A stretch of 64,000 nt of DNA from Saprolegnia diclina VS20 (GCF_000281045.1 NW_008246085.1:311749-375748), one strand, 5' to 3'; shown: positions 33,776 through 47,700, numbered from the stretch's first letter. Translations and numbers: made by a program. Notes: a model not told the origin generated them from the letters alone.

Positions 33776-36700
33776 ATGTTCATTGCCTCTTGTATGCGGC
33801 CTCTGCCCCGACGGTTCTGCAAAAACTTTGCGTAGAGTACGCTTGGTGCAGGACGCGCGCCCAAGGACGAGAGCGCGGGCGTCCACAAGTCATCAAAGGC
33901 AAAGGAGCACCGGGTGCTCCTTCTGCGCTTTCGGAAACTGGTGCCGGAAAGCCCATTGTTTATCCGGCTTGGAGCAGTGGATCCACCTCGGGCTGATGGA
34001 GCACCTCGACGAGGTCCTGCGGCTCATGCTCGCGCACCGAGACAGCTGCCACCCGCACCTCATGGCGCCGACGAGCCATGTGGCCGTTGGCGCGGAGCGT
34101 GGGGACGGAGCGCTATGCTTTGCCATCCAGACGAAGACGCGGAAGCTTCTGCCCAAGATCATGCGCTCAATCACGGGGCTGCCGACGGGCCAAGCGATCA
34201 AGAACCTCCATCCGCTCTGTAAGCTGCTGCTGCTTCTGCTCAAGAACGAGATCTGCCCGTACTACTCGGTCGCCTTCCAAGCGCCAGCGACGATCCTCTT
34301 CTACCTCGTCAAGTTCCTCTCCAACGCCGAGTACGCCGATATCCACGACAAGGTCCTCGACGTCTGCGTCGAGCTCGCGTTCCTCATGCAGCAAAGCGAC
34401 GTGACCGTCTTCATGCACCTCTTCCAAGATACCGTCAATTTGGCCGACGACCTCCTCCAGCTCACATCGCATCTTCGGTCGTCGAGCGAGACGCTCTCAC
34501 TGCAGTGTCCTGCGGATGTCTTCTGCTATACGATCACGGGCGTCCATATGCGCAAGGACGCCGATACGATGGTCGGCGACACGAAGTTGTGCTGCCTTCC
34601 AAATGGCGACGCGGCAACACTCTTGGAGGTCGGGAAACTCGCCGTGCCACCGCTTCGCTTTACATGTGTCCAAGGCGTCCATGCTTTCCAGTCGCGAGTC
34701 CTCGCCATGGCCTGCCGCATGCTCCAGCACTCGCCGTCGCATATCGTCAACCACGCAAGCTTTTCGCATCTCGTCGACGTCGTTGTGACATCACTGCAAG
34801 TTGGCCCGCTCACTGTCTCGCTCTCAGGCCTTGTCCATGCCTTGCTCACGAGCTCGCCACTGCCGCCGTACATGGTCGTGTCGCTTGTCGGCGCATACTT
34901 ACCGGCACTCTTGGCGACCACGACGACAGTGCCCTGCCACGATGTCCTCTCAGCGATCAGCGCGAATGCCTCTGCGATCGTGGCGCCGCTGCTCTGGACG
35001 CCGCTCGATGCGTTCATCAAAGGCGCGCTCGACGCCCACGCGCGTCCAATGCTTCTCTCGTGCTTTGGGCTGCTCCGCGCCTTCTTGCCGTTCGACCAAG
35101 ACCGAGTCCTCGCCCGGCTTCTCGACGTCATTGGCGCGTCGGACCTCGGCGATCGCAGCGTGCGCCACGAGCTTGTCTCGAGTCTGCGGGTCGTGCTGCA
35201 GGAGCACGTCGGGCTCCTTTGGAAGGAAGGCGAGAAGGCGATCCATCAGTACCACCCGTCGAGCCCTGTGCTGCCGACCAAGCGACGCAAGCTCAGCGAC
35301 CACTTTGCGCTACCGCCGACGAACGCGCTCGACCTCGTGAGCCGCGTCCGGAGCCGTCAGCCGGTGCTATCGATTGCGTGCGTTCACCTCGTCATGGCGC
35401 TCTTCTTCGAAGACGACGTCGCGGCAGTTGGCGCGCACGTTCTTCTCTCGTTGCGCTCGGTAGAGAACATGACCAAGGAAGAAGGCAGCGTCGCGCGGCT
35501 GATTGCGGACCGACTACGCGCCGTTATGGAGCGTGCACCGAGCCTCGAGCTTGTCGTGCTCCTCTACAGTTACCTGCCGCCGGACGAGATCAAGAAGATG
35601 CATATCGCGCCGTTCCTGCACGCGCAGACGACCAAGTCGCCACCGCCTAGCGACAAGCCGCACTTGGTGTGCAGCGTTCCGGACCTTCTCAGTCTTTGGC
35701 GCGGGAGCGTGCCGACCAAAGACAGCGTGGTGCAAGCGCTACTGGACAGCGCACCCATGGCGCAGTGCCTTGTTCTGCTCTGCTGGTCGTACGGCGTCGA
35801 CGGCGCGTCACTCGATGTGCCGTCGTGGTCCTCGACAGTCGCAGCGACGAGCGTTCTCAGCGCGATGGCGTCCGACGGACCCTACCGAGCACTCGCGATT
35901 GATCTATCGCCGCTGCTCGTCTATGCCATGGGCCGGCGAGGGGTCGCCCCGTTTGTTGCAACTGCCCCGGTCGTCATGGAGGCGCTCATGCCTCTCTGTC
36001 GACACGCAACAACGGCTCTCTCGGCGCTCTGCGCGCTCGGCCGACTCTGCTGTCTCCCAATGTGGCTTGCGTCGCCCGAGTCGCCGGTACGCGTTACCGA
36101 GACACTTGGCTTTCGCTGCGCCTGCACGCCGCTCGTGCGGCAGCCGCTGCCATATCTGGTGTCCGTCTGGAATGCGATGGAGCCGCTGCTGACGGCACCG
36201 TCGAGCGACCTTGTCGTGGCGGCGGTCTCGACGTGGATCGCGTTCTTCCGGCATGTGCCCGTCGCGGACCTGCACACCGAGTGGGTGTGGCGCCTCCTGC
36301 ATCTCTTGGGCCACGACGCTCGGGACGTGCGGTCGGTGGTCGCCGCCAACACGAACGTGCTCTTGCTGCCCGACAGCACCGGGGCGACGGCGCTCGCGCT
36401 CGCGTTCTCGGACGAGTCGTCGTCCGACGACCTCGGCGACGCCAGCAACAAGACGTCGAGCATTTTGGACCGGCTTCTCGAGCAAGGCGACGTCGGGATC
36501 CTCGTCTCGACGGTGGAAGGTATGGGGACGCTGGCGACCGCTTGCGTGCTCTCGCAACCGCTGGACTTGGACGTGTTCTTTTACGTCCTCTTCCGCCTTG
36601 CGGGGGCGTGGCTTGCGTACCCGCGCGACGCTGCGGTCGCGGTGGCGTCGACGGCGCAGCTCAACCGTATGGTCGCGTCGCATGGGCTGTCGTGGAAGCA

Positions 36701-39700
36701 GCTCTGCGTTCAGTTCCCCGAGCGCATCCACGTGGCGCTCATCGAGCTCCTCTTGCCGACGTCGATGCTCGAGACGTTTCTGCATACGTTTCTCGGCGAG
36801 CAAGTCAGCGTCGGCATCTACCTCAAGGAGAGCGCGCCGTACGTGCTGCCGCAACTCATTCTGAGTCAGCAGCGCGACCTCCTCGACGCGTTTGCATCCG
36901 GCTTCAAGCAGCCGATCGCGGCGCTCTTGAGCGACTACATTGTGCCGATCGTCAAGGAGATGGTCATGACGCGCACGACGTCACTGAGCAACATTCGCGA
37001 GTGGCAGTTCTTTTTTGGCTTGCTGCGGCCGGAGCTGAGCATCCGCGATGTGCTTAAGTACAACCCGCTGCGCTTACTGTATGAGCTCGTGTGGGAGTTT
37101 GCCGGCGACCGCACCAAAGTGGCGCGGAACGCCTTTGACCAAGTGTCCAAGCTCCTCCACGAAGACATGATGGACGACGGCGCAGCGAGCAAGTTTCATT
37201 TGCCGCAGCAGTATTTCCTGGCGCTCATGACGCACCTCGGTCACAAGCTCGCGCACAAGCCGAGCCGCGTGCGTGCGATCAAGTGCCTCGAGGTGCTCCT
37301 CGCCATGTTTGACGCCAAAGGCATGCTCGACCCGTTCGTCCCTAAAGTCATGGCCACGCTCAAGCTGGCGCTGCAGGACGACGTCGACGTTCACGTGAAA
37401 CTGGCTGCCTGCCGCGCGTGGCTGACGTTTGTGCGTCTTCTCTCGACGTCGGCGATCGAAACCAACCTCCTCTCGATCGTCGCGAGCTTGCTGCCGTGCA
37501 TTGGGAGCACCCACGCGCTCTTTGACGCGCATGTCGCCGGTCGATCTGGGTGGTCGGCGGCGCGTCCGGCCCCGCCGCCAGAAGCGGATGCCTGTGTCCA
37601 AGACATGGCGCTGCAGATCCTCTCGTTCTTGTGCGTCGAGCAGCCCATCAAGCCGAGCTGGGGCGAAGTCGCGCTGCTCTTGGCGCTCGTGCCGTCCTTC
37701 TCGGTGGACGCGGTCGAGTCGTTCTCGGTGGACCACCACCCGCTCGACGGTGTTCTCACGCACGTGCTCGCCCTTCTCGAGCACTGGGATGGCGCCGTGC
37801 GCGAGGTCGGGTTGCTCCACCTCTCGCGGCTCCTGTGCACGCGCAGTCGTGAGCTCCAGGACTTGATTTTGCTGGCCGAAGGCACGATCCACGTCGCGGT
37901 ATTCCAGATCCTCAAGGCGCTCTTGTCGCTGAGCCGAACCGAGACGAGCGAGGATATCAAGACGCTCCTCGCGCAGTCGCTCGGCGCGCTCGGGGCCATC
38001 GACATGGCGCGGCTTCCGATGCAGCTCTCGCGCACGGCCACCGTCGAGTACGGCGCAAAAGAGCTCACGTGCCATTTGATCGAGACGCTTTTGGTCAACG
38101 AGCTTCGCGCGGCGCCGCAAAACACAGATCTGATTGCGCTCTCGATCCAAGAGCTGCTCAAGTTTTTGGCGGCAATGCGCGTTGAGGCGACGCCCTTGTC
38201 GACGGCCGCGACGCCAGCGACGACGACCCAAGTCGAGTCGTCGCCGCCGCCCGTGTACGCCATGTCGGCGTCGATGCCCGAGTGGATGCAGCGCAAGTTT
38301 CACCAATCGCGCGTCTTGCAGATCATTGCGCCGTACTGGTCGACCAAGTACAAGGCGCCGCCGTCCTCGAGTAAGAAAGCGGTTGCGTTTGACGACGGGT
38401 CGACGCTCTACGATCGGTTTGGGGCACTCGCCTACGAGACGTGGCTCACGTCGTGGTGCAAGGCGCTCATCGACTTGGCGTCGCCGCCGGAAAAGACGAT
38501 CTTCCTTGCGTGCAAGACGGCGCTCGGGATCTCGATGCAAATGGCGCGCTTCCTCTTGCCATACCTCGTGCAAAACGTCCTGCCGCAGCGCCACGCGTAC
38601 AGTATGGTCAAGCGCGAGATCGAGTCGGTGCTCCAAGACGACCCGACCGAGTCGGACGCGGTCTCGAGCCACCACCACCAGTGCGCCCAGACGGTCATGG
38701 GCCTCCTCGACACGCTCAACGAGTGGGTTTGGGCCAGCGAGCGCAAGCGGAACGGCCCGAGCCAGCACCGCGCTACACATCTGGACGTGGTGCCCGACCA
38801 AGAAAAAGAAGTCGTCGCCGAGTTCCTCAAGGACATTTCGCCCGCGATGCTCTCGGGCGCCGCGTGCAAGATCAAGGCGTTTGCACGTGGGATCCAGTAC
38901 TACGAGACGCATTTGCGCATGGACGGTGTCTCGGCCGTGCCGCGCTACACGACCGACGGCAAAGTGCACATGAAGCACTTGAACTCCAACGACATTCGCG
39001 AGCTGCAGCAAATGTACGGCCAACTGGACGAGCCGGACGCTCTCCGCGGGCTCTCGATCCAGCGTCGACTGCTGCTGGGATCGACGCAGCACGCGGGCAC
39101 GACGTTTGCCGATCTCATGCACACGATCGTCGACCACGAGCACTTGGCGCGCTGGGAAGACGCGCTGGCGTGTTACGAGCAAGCGATCCACCGGACGTAC
39201 GGCAATGAAGTCGACGTGGAGATTCGGTCGCTCTTGTACGCAGGCGTCATTCGCTGCATGGTGCAACTCGGCCGGCTCGAAGGCGCGCTCCAGCACGTGC
39301 GCGGCATCGTCGTCGAGTCGCCCGACGTCATCCCGTCCGTGTACCCGTTTGCGCTCGAGTGTGCGTGGCGGCTCTCTCGCTGGACGCTCCTCCAGGAGCT
39401 GACGACGGACGCAATGAAGGTCAAGATGGAGTCGCAGCACATGGTCTCGATGAAGTTTGCACGCACAATGCTGTGCCTCCAGCAAAATCGAGACGCCATG
39501 GCGTATCATCTGCGCGACGCGCGGCTCGCTATCATGGGGCCTCTCGCGGCCGCGTCGCTCGAGTCGTACCAGCGGGTGTACCCGCTCTTGCACCAATTGC
39601 ACGTCTTGCACGAGCTCGAGCAAGGGTTTTTGGTGTTGGACAAGTTCAAGGCCGACCCGACGACGTTTGCCGCCGAAGACCACTGGGTGCGACAGTGTCC

Positions 39701-42037
39701 GTGGGAGCTCCGCGATCGCATGATGGCGCCGGCGCTCAAGTTTCAAGAGCCGCTCCTCGCCTTGCGCCGCGTCATGCTGCAAGAGATGCAGCTCCCGTCG
39801 TTGCTCTCGAAAAACTGGCTGCGCTACGCCAAGAACGCGCGCAAGGAAGGGTTTGTGCGGACGGCCGAGAGCGCGGTCATGCACGCGCAAGCGCTCGGCG
39901 ACCGCAACGGCATCATTGAGCAAGCCAAGCTCCTCGTGCACCAAGGCCACGTGTACGAAGCGCTCCACGTGCTCGAGCCAGTCGCGATTGACGTATCCAA
40001 TTTGCCCAAGGTACCCGAAGGCGACCGCCATTTTGCCGCCAAGACACTGCTCCTCGCGACCAACTACATGCAGCAGTCCAACCAGAAACAAGGCCAAGTC
40101 GTGCTCAACCGGTACGGCGCCGTGATTGCGTACGACCGCAAGTACGCGAAAGGGTACTTTGATCTCGCCAAGTACTACGAGGTGCTACTCGACAATGCGC
40201 GGTCGGACACGGCGCTCGAGGTCGGCGAGCAGTACGCGTACGTGACGGACATCCTCGCCAACTACGTGCTGTCGCTCCAATGCAGCAACAAGTACCTCTT
40301 CCAGTCCTTGCCGCGACTCTTGACGCTGTGGTACGAGTGCGGCGACGTCTTTGGCGCAAGTCCCAAGCGCACGTACCGACTCGAGTTTGACATGGCGCTC
40401 GAGTCCAACAAAGAAGACAAGCTCATGCAGGAGATTTCGCGCATCGTGCTCGATGCGCTGAGCAAGCTCCCCGTGTCCATGTGGCTCGCGGTGTTTCCGC
40501 AAGTGACGTCGCGCATCTGCCACCCCAACAGCATCGTCGTCGACGGCGTCAAAGCCATCATGGTCAAGGTCCTCTCGACGCACCCGCAGCACGCAATGTG
40601 GCACATCCTCGGCCTCACGCAGTCGCTCAACACGCAGCGCAAGACGCGGGCGATGGACATCTTCAAAGGCGCGCAAAAGCAACTGATGGGCGCCAACAAC
40701 AGCGACATGGCCAACTCGCTCTCGGAGGCCATGAAGCTCGTTGAGGAGCTCATCAAGCTCGCCGAGTGCGACCCGGGCAACCAAAAGCGCCTGCCGCTGC
40801 GCATGGCTCGCATCCGGTCCCAAGTGCTTGTACCGGTCCAGTCGGCCTTCTCGACGAGCGATGCGTCGACCCACGTGTACATCAAGGCGTTTGGTGACAA
40901 GGCGGAAGTGATGCTGTCGAAGGAAAAGCCCAAGCGCGTCCAGGTGCTCGGGAGCGACGGCGCGTGGTACCCGTTCTTGTGCAAGCGCGAGAAGCACGGC
41001 GATCTGCGCAAGGACGCGCGCATGATGGAGTTCAACGCGATCATGAACAAGCTTCTCACCGCCGATGCCGACGGTCGGCGCCGGAAACTGCGCCTCCGCA
41101 CGTACGCGGTCATGTGTCTCAACGAAGAGAGCGGGCTCATGCAATGGGTGCCCAACACGCGCGCGATGCGGTTCCTCATCGGGCAGATCCACAAGACGGA
41201 GCAAGGGCAGTTGACGATGATGCGCCTCACGAGCGACGTGCGCGACGCCTTTATGCACTTGCAAAAGCAGTACGCCCACGACCTGCCGCGAATGGTGTCG
41301 CTCTACCGACGCCAAGTGCTCAGCCACCCGTGCTTTGTACCCCGCTTCCACCAGTGGTTCCTCAACAACTTTAGTGATCCGACGCAGTGGTTTGACGCGC
41401 GGTATGTCATCATCGTATTTGACGCCGACGATCTTATCGGGCACGTAGGGCGGCGTTCACACGGTCGTCCGCGGTCTGGTCGATGGTCGGGCACATTGTG
41501 GGGCTTGGCGACCGGCACTGTGAAAACATCCTCATCGACTGCAAGACGGGCGAGTGCGTCCACGTCGACTTTGACTGCCTCTTTGACAAGGGGCTCAAGC
41601 TCGCACGCCCCGAGATCGTCCCGTTCCGGCTCACGCCCAACATTCTCGATGCGTTTGGCTTGAGCGGTGTCGAGGGCGTGTACCGCACAACGAGCGAGGT
41701 GACGCTGACGCTGCTGCGTGCGAACCGCGAGACGCTACGGAGCGTGCTCGAGTCGTTCGTGCACGACCCGCTCGTCGAGTGGGGCCGATCGAAGAGCAAG
41801 CAGTCGGTGCATGTCGTGCGCAAGGTCGTCGCGACCAACGAACAAGTCAACAGCGAAGCGAAAACGATGCTCAAGACGATCGACGACCGCGTCCGGGGGA
41901 TTTGGAACCTCGGGAAAGCGTCGCACCACGAGACGCTGCCGCTCAGCGTCAAAGGCCAAGTCGACCGCCTCATTGCCGAAGCCACGAGCGACGAGAACCT
42001 CGCGCAAATGTACGTGGGCTGGATGCCCTTTCTCTAA
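33776..42037 (+). CDS. ATR: Serine/threonine kinase ATR (PIKK family)
   Basis: HEAT-like region, FAT region, SKEKPKR, FLCKREKHGDLRKDARMMEFN, VGLGDRHCENIL, HVDFDCLF and FATC end NLAQMYVGWMPFL. Intron 41402-41448. Start uncertain (33776 candidate, 33996 alternative). Confidence 0.93.
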
Positions 42038-42067
42038 GTCGCGACCGAATCAACCGAAAATACTAAG

Positions 42068-44578
42068 TTACTTGCGACGAATAATGAGTTTGCTCTTGGT
42101 CGGCGCGCCGTGGGTCTTGCCGGGCACGTTGCCGCGGCCGCGCTTGGGCTTGGGCTTGAACTTGTCCATCTTGGTCTTGTCGCCGCTGGACCGCGCCTTG
42201 CGCTTCTCCTCCTTCCGGATCGCGTTCTCGCCGAGGAGCTCCGACTTGGCGTACTTGTTGACGCGCGGCATGCCCGCTGGCTTCTTGCCGTTGCGGTAGT
42301 CGAGCTTCCGACCGGACGAGCCTTGGTCGTCCTCGTCGGCGCCAATGATGTTGGTGCGCTTGTGCTGCTTTTGCTGCCACTTCTTGTACGTCTCGCCGAC
42401 CTTTTGCTTCTTGCTCGAGAGCTGCGTGCCGTCGTTGCGCTTCTTGATCGTCCCGTTCTTGAGTTCGCCGACCGTCGTCTTGATAAACTTCTTCTTGCGC
42501 ACATCCCAGTGCAGGAGGCGGCGCTTGTTGTTCATCGCGACAGCCTCGTCCGGGTTCACATCGAGCATCGCATCTTCGAGACGCGCCTGCGCAAACGCGT
42601 TGCCGCGCCCGCCGTCCGCGTTGCGGCTGAGCGCCTCTTCCTTGGCGTAGTCCGTGTCCTTGATGTAGCCAATGTAGTTTTCTTCGTCCTGGAACTTTTT
42701 CGTGCTCTCGTCCGTCGTCGCCTCGACCGCCTTGGCTGCCTCCTTCTCCTTCCAGAGCGCGTCGACATCGACGCTCTCGCCGTTGAGCTTCATCTTCTTG
42801 ACCTTCTTGCGGTCCGCGGCAGAGAGGTACCGCTTCGAGCCAATGACGGGCACGGCGGCCTCTTCGGCCGCGGCGGCTTCGCGCGCAGCCTTGCGCTTGG
42901 TGCGGAACTCTTCCTGCTCTTCGGGGTTGAGCGCTTCGTCGACGCTGTCTTCGTCCTCGTCCGCAGCGGCCTTGGCCGCCTTGACCTTGCCGACGTTCTT
43001 CTCGATAATGTTGTTGTGGAGCTTGCGCTTCGTCTTCATCATGAGCACGCTCGGCGCGTTCTTCTTGATCGAGTGGATGCCGGTCGAGACTTCGAAAATG
43101 GTTGCCGCCGGGCGAAAGCCCTTGAGCTGCTCCAGGTAGGCTTCTTGCACGACGTTCGAGTCCGACATGTGGCTGTAGAAGAGCGGGTGCACCTTCTTGG
43201 CCAACACCTCCTTTGAGCGCTTGATCGAGAGCTTTGACGGCTCGGCGCGCGACCGGCTATACTGCTTGTACGCGTTGTCGCAGACCTTGACGAGCGGTGC
43301 GACCTGCGAGTTGTGCGTGAGCGTCTCCTTGAGGCACTCGGTCTCCGTGTCGAGAATCGCCTGCGGGAAGCAGCCATAGTGCACTTGGTCGACCGTCATG
43401 TCCGAGAGCGTGTACCCCGGCACATCGGCGGGGCACGTGTCGTCGAGGCGTCGGCCGAGGAAGAGATGCAAGTCGACCATATACGGCATCTCGTCCGGGT
43501 CGACAAAGTTGAAGGCCATGCCGCTCCGCCCGGCACGCGCTGCACGACCGACGCGATGCACAAAGAGCTTGGGCGTCGACGGGAACGAGTAGTTGAGCAC
43601 GTTGTTGAGGAGCGGGATATCGATACCACGCGCGGCAACGTCCGTCACAATAAGAATCGGCGTCTTCTTGGCGCGGAACTTGCCGATGTTGATCTTACGC
43701 GACGTCTGGTCCATGTCACCGTAGACGCAGCTCGAGTCAATGTGGCACGAGAGGAGGAGCTCGTGGAGGAACTCGACGTGGTGGCGTGTCGCTGCAAACA
43801 CGATCGTCTGCTCTGTCGACGGAATCACATCACGCAGCAGGTAGACGAGTGCTGCCGGCTTGTCTTCGGTGCGCATCGTGAAGAACGAGATCTTGAGCTG
43901 GTCCGAGATCTGCGACTCGACGTCCAAACGAATGAGCTCGGGCTCCGTGAGGCCGGCGCGCGCAAACTGAACGAGCGCTTGCGGCAGTGTGGCCGAGAAG
44001 AGGAGCGTCTGGCGCGACGCGGGCATGCTCGAGAGAATCTCCTGGAGCTGCTCGGCAAAACCCATTTCGAAGAGGCGATCGGCTTCGTCGAAGCACACGT
44101 ACTCCATGGCCGCGAGCGTGAATTCTGGGATTTCCTGAAGCAAGTGCATGAGACGACCCGGCGTCGCAACCAGCACGTCCGGGTTGGTGCCAAGGAGCTC
44201 GAACTGCTGCTCGAGCGAGTCGCCACCGACGATGAGACCGCACTTGATGTCGGTAAACTTGGCCAAGCTCTTGGCAAACTTGATGGTCTGCACCGCGAGT
44301 TCGCGCGTCGGCGACAGAATGAGCGCGCGGACGCCAATCTTCTTGCTGTGCTCCTTGAGCTTCTCGAGCATCGGGATGAGGAACGCGGCAGTCTTACCCG
44401 AGCCCGTTCGCGCCATCGCAACCACGTCCTTGCCCGAGAGCACGTGCGGCAGCGACTTGCGCTGGATGGGCGTGGGCACCTTGTAGCCCATGGCCATGAC
44501 GGCCTTGAAGATCGGCGAGCTCAAGCCCAGCGCCTGGAAGCCGCCCGACTTGTTCTTCTTGTCCGTGTTGTTCGACAT
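42068..44578 (-). CDS. DDX54: DEAD-box RNA helicase DDX54/Dbp10
   Basis: SGGFQALGL, PTPIQRK, ARTGSGKT, DEAD, SAT, HRVGRAARAGR, and DBP10CT-like WDVRKKKFI and YKKWQQK. Intronless. Confidence 0.95.
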   Translation of the reverse strand: MSNNTDKKNKSGGFQALGLSSPIFKAVMAMGYKVPTPIQRKSLPHVLSGKDVVAMARTGSGKTAAFLIPMLEKLKEHSKKIGVRALILSPTRELAVQTIKFAKSLAKFTDIKCGLIVGGDSLEQQFELLGTNPDVLVATPGRLMHLLQEIPEFTLAAMEYVCFDEADRLFEMGFAEQLQEILSSMPASRQTLLFSATLPQALVQFARAGLTEPELIRLDVESQISDQLKISFFTMRTEDKPAALVYLLRDVIPSTEQTIVFAATRHHVEFLHELLLSCHIDSSCVYGDMDQTSRKINIGKFRAKKTPILIVTDVAARGIDIPLLNNVLNYSFPSTPKLFVHRVGRAARAGRSGMAFNFVDPDEMPYMVDLHLFLGRRLDDTCPADVPGYTLSDMTVDQVHYGCFPQAILDTETECLKETLTHNSQVAPLVKVCDNAYKQYSRSRAEPSKLSIKRSKEVLAKKVHPLFYSHMSDSNVVQEAYLEQLKGFRPAATIFEVSTGIHSIKKNAPSVLMMKTKRKLHNNIIEKNVGKVKAAKAAADEDEDSVDEALNPEEQEEFRTKRKAAREAAAAEEAAVPVIGSKRYLSAADRKKVKKMKLNGESVDVDALWKEKEAAKAVEATTDESTKKFQDEENYIGYIKDTDYAKEEALSRNADGGRGNAFAQARLEDAMLDVNPDEAVAMNNKRRLLHWDVRKKKFIKTTVGELKNGTIKKRNDGTQLSSKKQKVGETYKKWQQKQHKRTNIIGADEDDQGSSGRKLDYRNGKKPAGMPRVNKYAKSELLGENAIRKEEKRKARSSGDKTKMDKFKPKPKRGRGNVPGKTHGAPTKSKLIIRRK

Positions 44579-44617
44579 GTCTGCAACTGGCAAAAATGGT
44601 TGGGAGCAACCGAATTG

Positions 44618-44713
44618 ATTGGGCCCAGGCAGCGGTGATGCCATTGGCTTAAAAGGACAAGATTTCCTACACACAGCCAATCCCCATCCGCTTCCGTTGT
44701 GCTTTCCACCAAT
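44618..44713. promoter_or_regulatory. Cluster of four CCAAT boxes upstream of DDX54
   Basis: ATTGG at 44618 and 44643; CCAAT at 44677 and 44709. Confidence 0.6.
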
Positions 44714-44753
44714 CAACACATGCCATCCAGATCCGAGACAACGTGCTGCGTGG

Positions 44754-47700
44754 TTAAACAACATGGCTCCCGCGGCTCGCAAAGGCGTTGAAGATCTGCT
44801 CGAGCGTCGTCTGGGCGACCGTGTACTCTTGAACCATCTCCTTCAGGCCTTCGACAAGCCCAAACACGTGGCCGAGGTCCGTCGCCTGCACCTTGACACG
44901 GCACACGTCCAAGTGCCGCTCCACAAGCGACACGTTCGCCGCGCCAAACGCCGTCGAAAGCCGCGCGTAGCAAGCCTCGAACCGATCCTCGCGCAGCCAC
45001 CAGGCGCCAACTTCGTTCGGGCGGACGCGTAGCCCGCGCTCGAGCGTATCGGCCAGTGCGTAGCCGGTCGCGTGGTCCGGCGCAATGCCATGCATCCGAT
45101 CGGGTCGACCCAGCACCATGCAGAGCTGCAAGAGCTCGTTGCGGGAGAGCGACTGCATCGGAAACGCCGGATGCGTCGCCAGCATGTCGTCGACGTCCCG
45201 CGCCGTCACAGGCGTGAGCTTGAGGTGCAGGAGCAAACCGTCGCCAAAGCGCGATTTGAGGTGCTGGATGCTGCCGAGGCATCGCAGACGGCCGTCGACC
45301 ATGATGCCGACGCGGGTGCACAGCGCCTCGCATTCTTCCATCGAGTGCGTCGTCAAAAACACTGTCGACGTCTTGGAGCGCGTCGAGACGTCGGCAACGA
45401 GTTCCCACAAGAAGCGCCGCGAGGCAGGGTCCATGCCCGTGGACGGCTCGTCCAGAAACAGCATGGGCGGCGCCCCAATGAGCGCGATCGCGACCGAGAG
45501 CTTGCGCTTCGTGCCGCCGCTGAGCGTCTTGGCGAGGCAGTGCTCGAACGGAGTCAGCCCCAAATGCTCGATCTTGGCATCGACGACGCGGCGCGTGTGC
45601 GCGCTGGGCACGCCTTTGAGCGTTGCAAAGAGCTCGAGATGCTCCCGGACCGTGAGGTTATCGAGGAGCGCATCAAACTGGGGGCAGTAGCCAATGTAGC
45701 GTCGGATCGCGAGCTGCTGTGACACAATGTCGAGACCCCGCAGCTGCGCACTACCACTTGACGCCGCGATTTCGCCCGTCAAGATCTTCATGGTCGTCGA
45801 CTTGCCCGCTCCGTTGGTCTACATTCCGTGTATCCCATCAGCATCCAGCCATATCAACTGCGTACTACCCCGAGAAAGCCAAAGCACTCGCCTCGCGGGA
45901 GTCCAAGTGACAGAGTCGCGAGCCCGACCTTGCCATCCTTGTACACCTTGCGGAGGCTCGACATGGAGACCACATCGTGATCCGCGCCCGCTTCAACTCG
46001 CGCGGCTTCGACTTCGACGTCATGGTCCACTTGAAACGGCGTCTCGTCCTCGACGACGGGGTCTCGAAACAAGCGGCGCGCGATGGATGGAAAACAGAGA
46101 AGATAGTCGATACCGATGGCCAATAGCGGATACAACACGGCCTCCAAAGCTAAGTACACGACGTCGGCACCGGCCACGTCCCAGTCGAACGCACTCTGGC
46201 GGCTTGGACGCAGCACAGCCAAGCTCAGATTGTTGAGGCCGTGGCTGAGGCAAAAGAGTGGTGAGAGCCGAAAGACATACACGAGTTGCTACATCCCAAC
46301 ATGAGTTTCGAGCGGGCATCATAGACGAGAAATACCGCGTTGAGCTCGTGCGTCGACGCTAGGCTGCTCAATACAAGCGAGGCGAGCGAGAGGTAGATGC
46401 CGAGGTAGATGTTGCACGAAATGATGTACGACTGGGCGTTCGCAGGGTCGTGGCAGAGGAACGAGAGGCAGTAGCTGAAACCAATGCACGCGGCGCCGAC
46501 AAACACAAAGAGGCAAACGACCGCTGGAAACGCCGATGTGGCGCACGTCGGGCACTCGAAACCCGTGAACGGCAAGAGGTCGCTGGACCAGATCGCGTGC
46601 ACTGCAAACGCACACGGAAAAATGTACAGCATGAGGTCCCACCCGAGATTCGCGAGCCAGAATGCCGGGACACTCGCACCTGCGAGAAGCTGCTGGTGCT
46701 TGGCGTTGCGACTCGCGTGCTTCTCCGAGACGAGGTGTGGCACGATCGACGCCGAAAAGTACGCGATCGCGACGACAAAGAACGTTGTCGCCGAGAACGA
46801 AAGCGCGGTCGTGAACGCGGTCTTGCTTTCCGCCGTGAGCGGAAGCGGGTGGTTGGCCACCGAGACGTTCAGCGTCGCACTGCCAGCAAAGTATCGGACG
46901 AGCGCTTGATCCAGAAGAGCTTTGAAAGTCCCCGCCGCGTGGACCGCCGTGGTGTTGACAAGCATGTTGTAGCCAAAGACGTGCTGCGACGCATCGCCAA
47001 AGGCCACGTACCCGCCAAACTGCACCGCCTGCAGCGACGCATTGAGCGCGACTTCAGCGGTCCGAAGGCAAAACCCCGAGGTATCGTCGACGCTAATGTT
47101 GTCGTACGCGACACCAAAGACACTCGGGTGTGCATTGGGGTACACGGGAGCGACGACCGACACCAAATGAGACGGTAGCGCGCCCGAGAAGAACGTCTCT
47201 GCACTCAAAACGCGCTTGCACATCTCACGGTCGTCGCCCATGCACGAGAACGGCGCCGTCGTATCTGCGCGCAGCGACGACATGAGCGAAAGCGACGGAT
47301 CGTTCTGAACGAGCGCGTTGGACGTGAGCAAAGCAATGCCGATCGCAATATAGAGCACCGGCCACACCACGGCGAAGAGCACCGCTTTTCGGTCCCGCTT
47401 GGCGACCAGGTAGCGTTTGCGCCAAAGCGCGCCAAAATGCGAACGGAACAACGACGCGGTGACAGGAGGCGCTTCGTACGAGACAGTAGCGAGACGCGGC
47501 TTGGGTCCGACATCCATATGCGTGGTCTCAGAGACCTTCAAGAACACTTCTTCGAGCGTTGTAACCGAGATGCCGTACGAGGAAAGACCCAGCGCGGAGG
47601 TGTCTGCATCAAGCGCAGCAAACAAGGACGGAAACGACGCAGAACTCTCGAGCGGTAGCTGAATCGATACTTCGGCGCCGACACTTGCGAGGACCTTTGC

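Noticed and set aside
37074..40097. 1007-aa ORF on the minus strand
   Set aside because: Antisense shadow of ATR. GC-rich codon bias removes stops on the opposite strand, and it has no recognisable motifs. The same applies to the many other overlapping ORFs.
21516..42037. DNA-repair gene cluster (Rad54, WD40, ATR)
   Set aside because: Rad54 is separated from ATR by several unrelated genes; only the WD40/ATR head-to-head pair is kept as a finding.
44579..44782. N-terminal extension of the DDX54 ORF
   Set aside because: Covers the CCAAT-box promoter and the ABCA stop region; conserved sequence starts at MSNNTDKK (44578).
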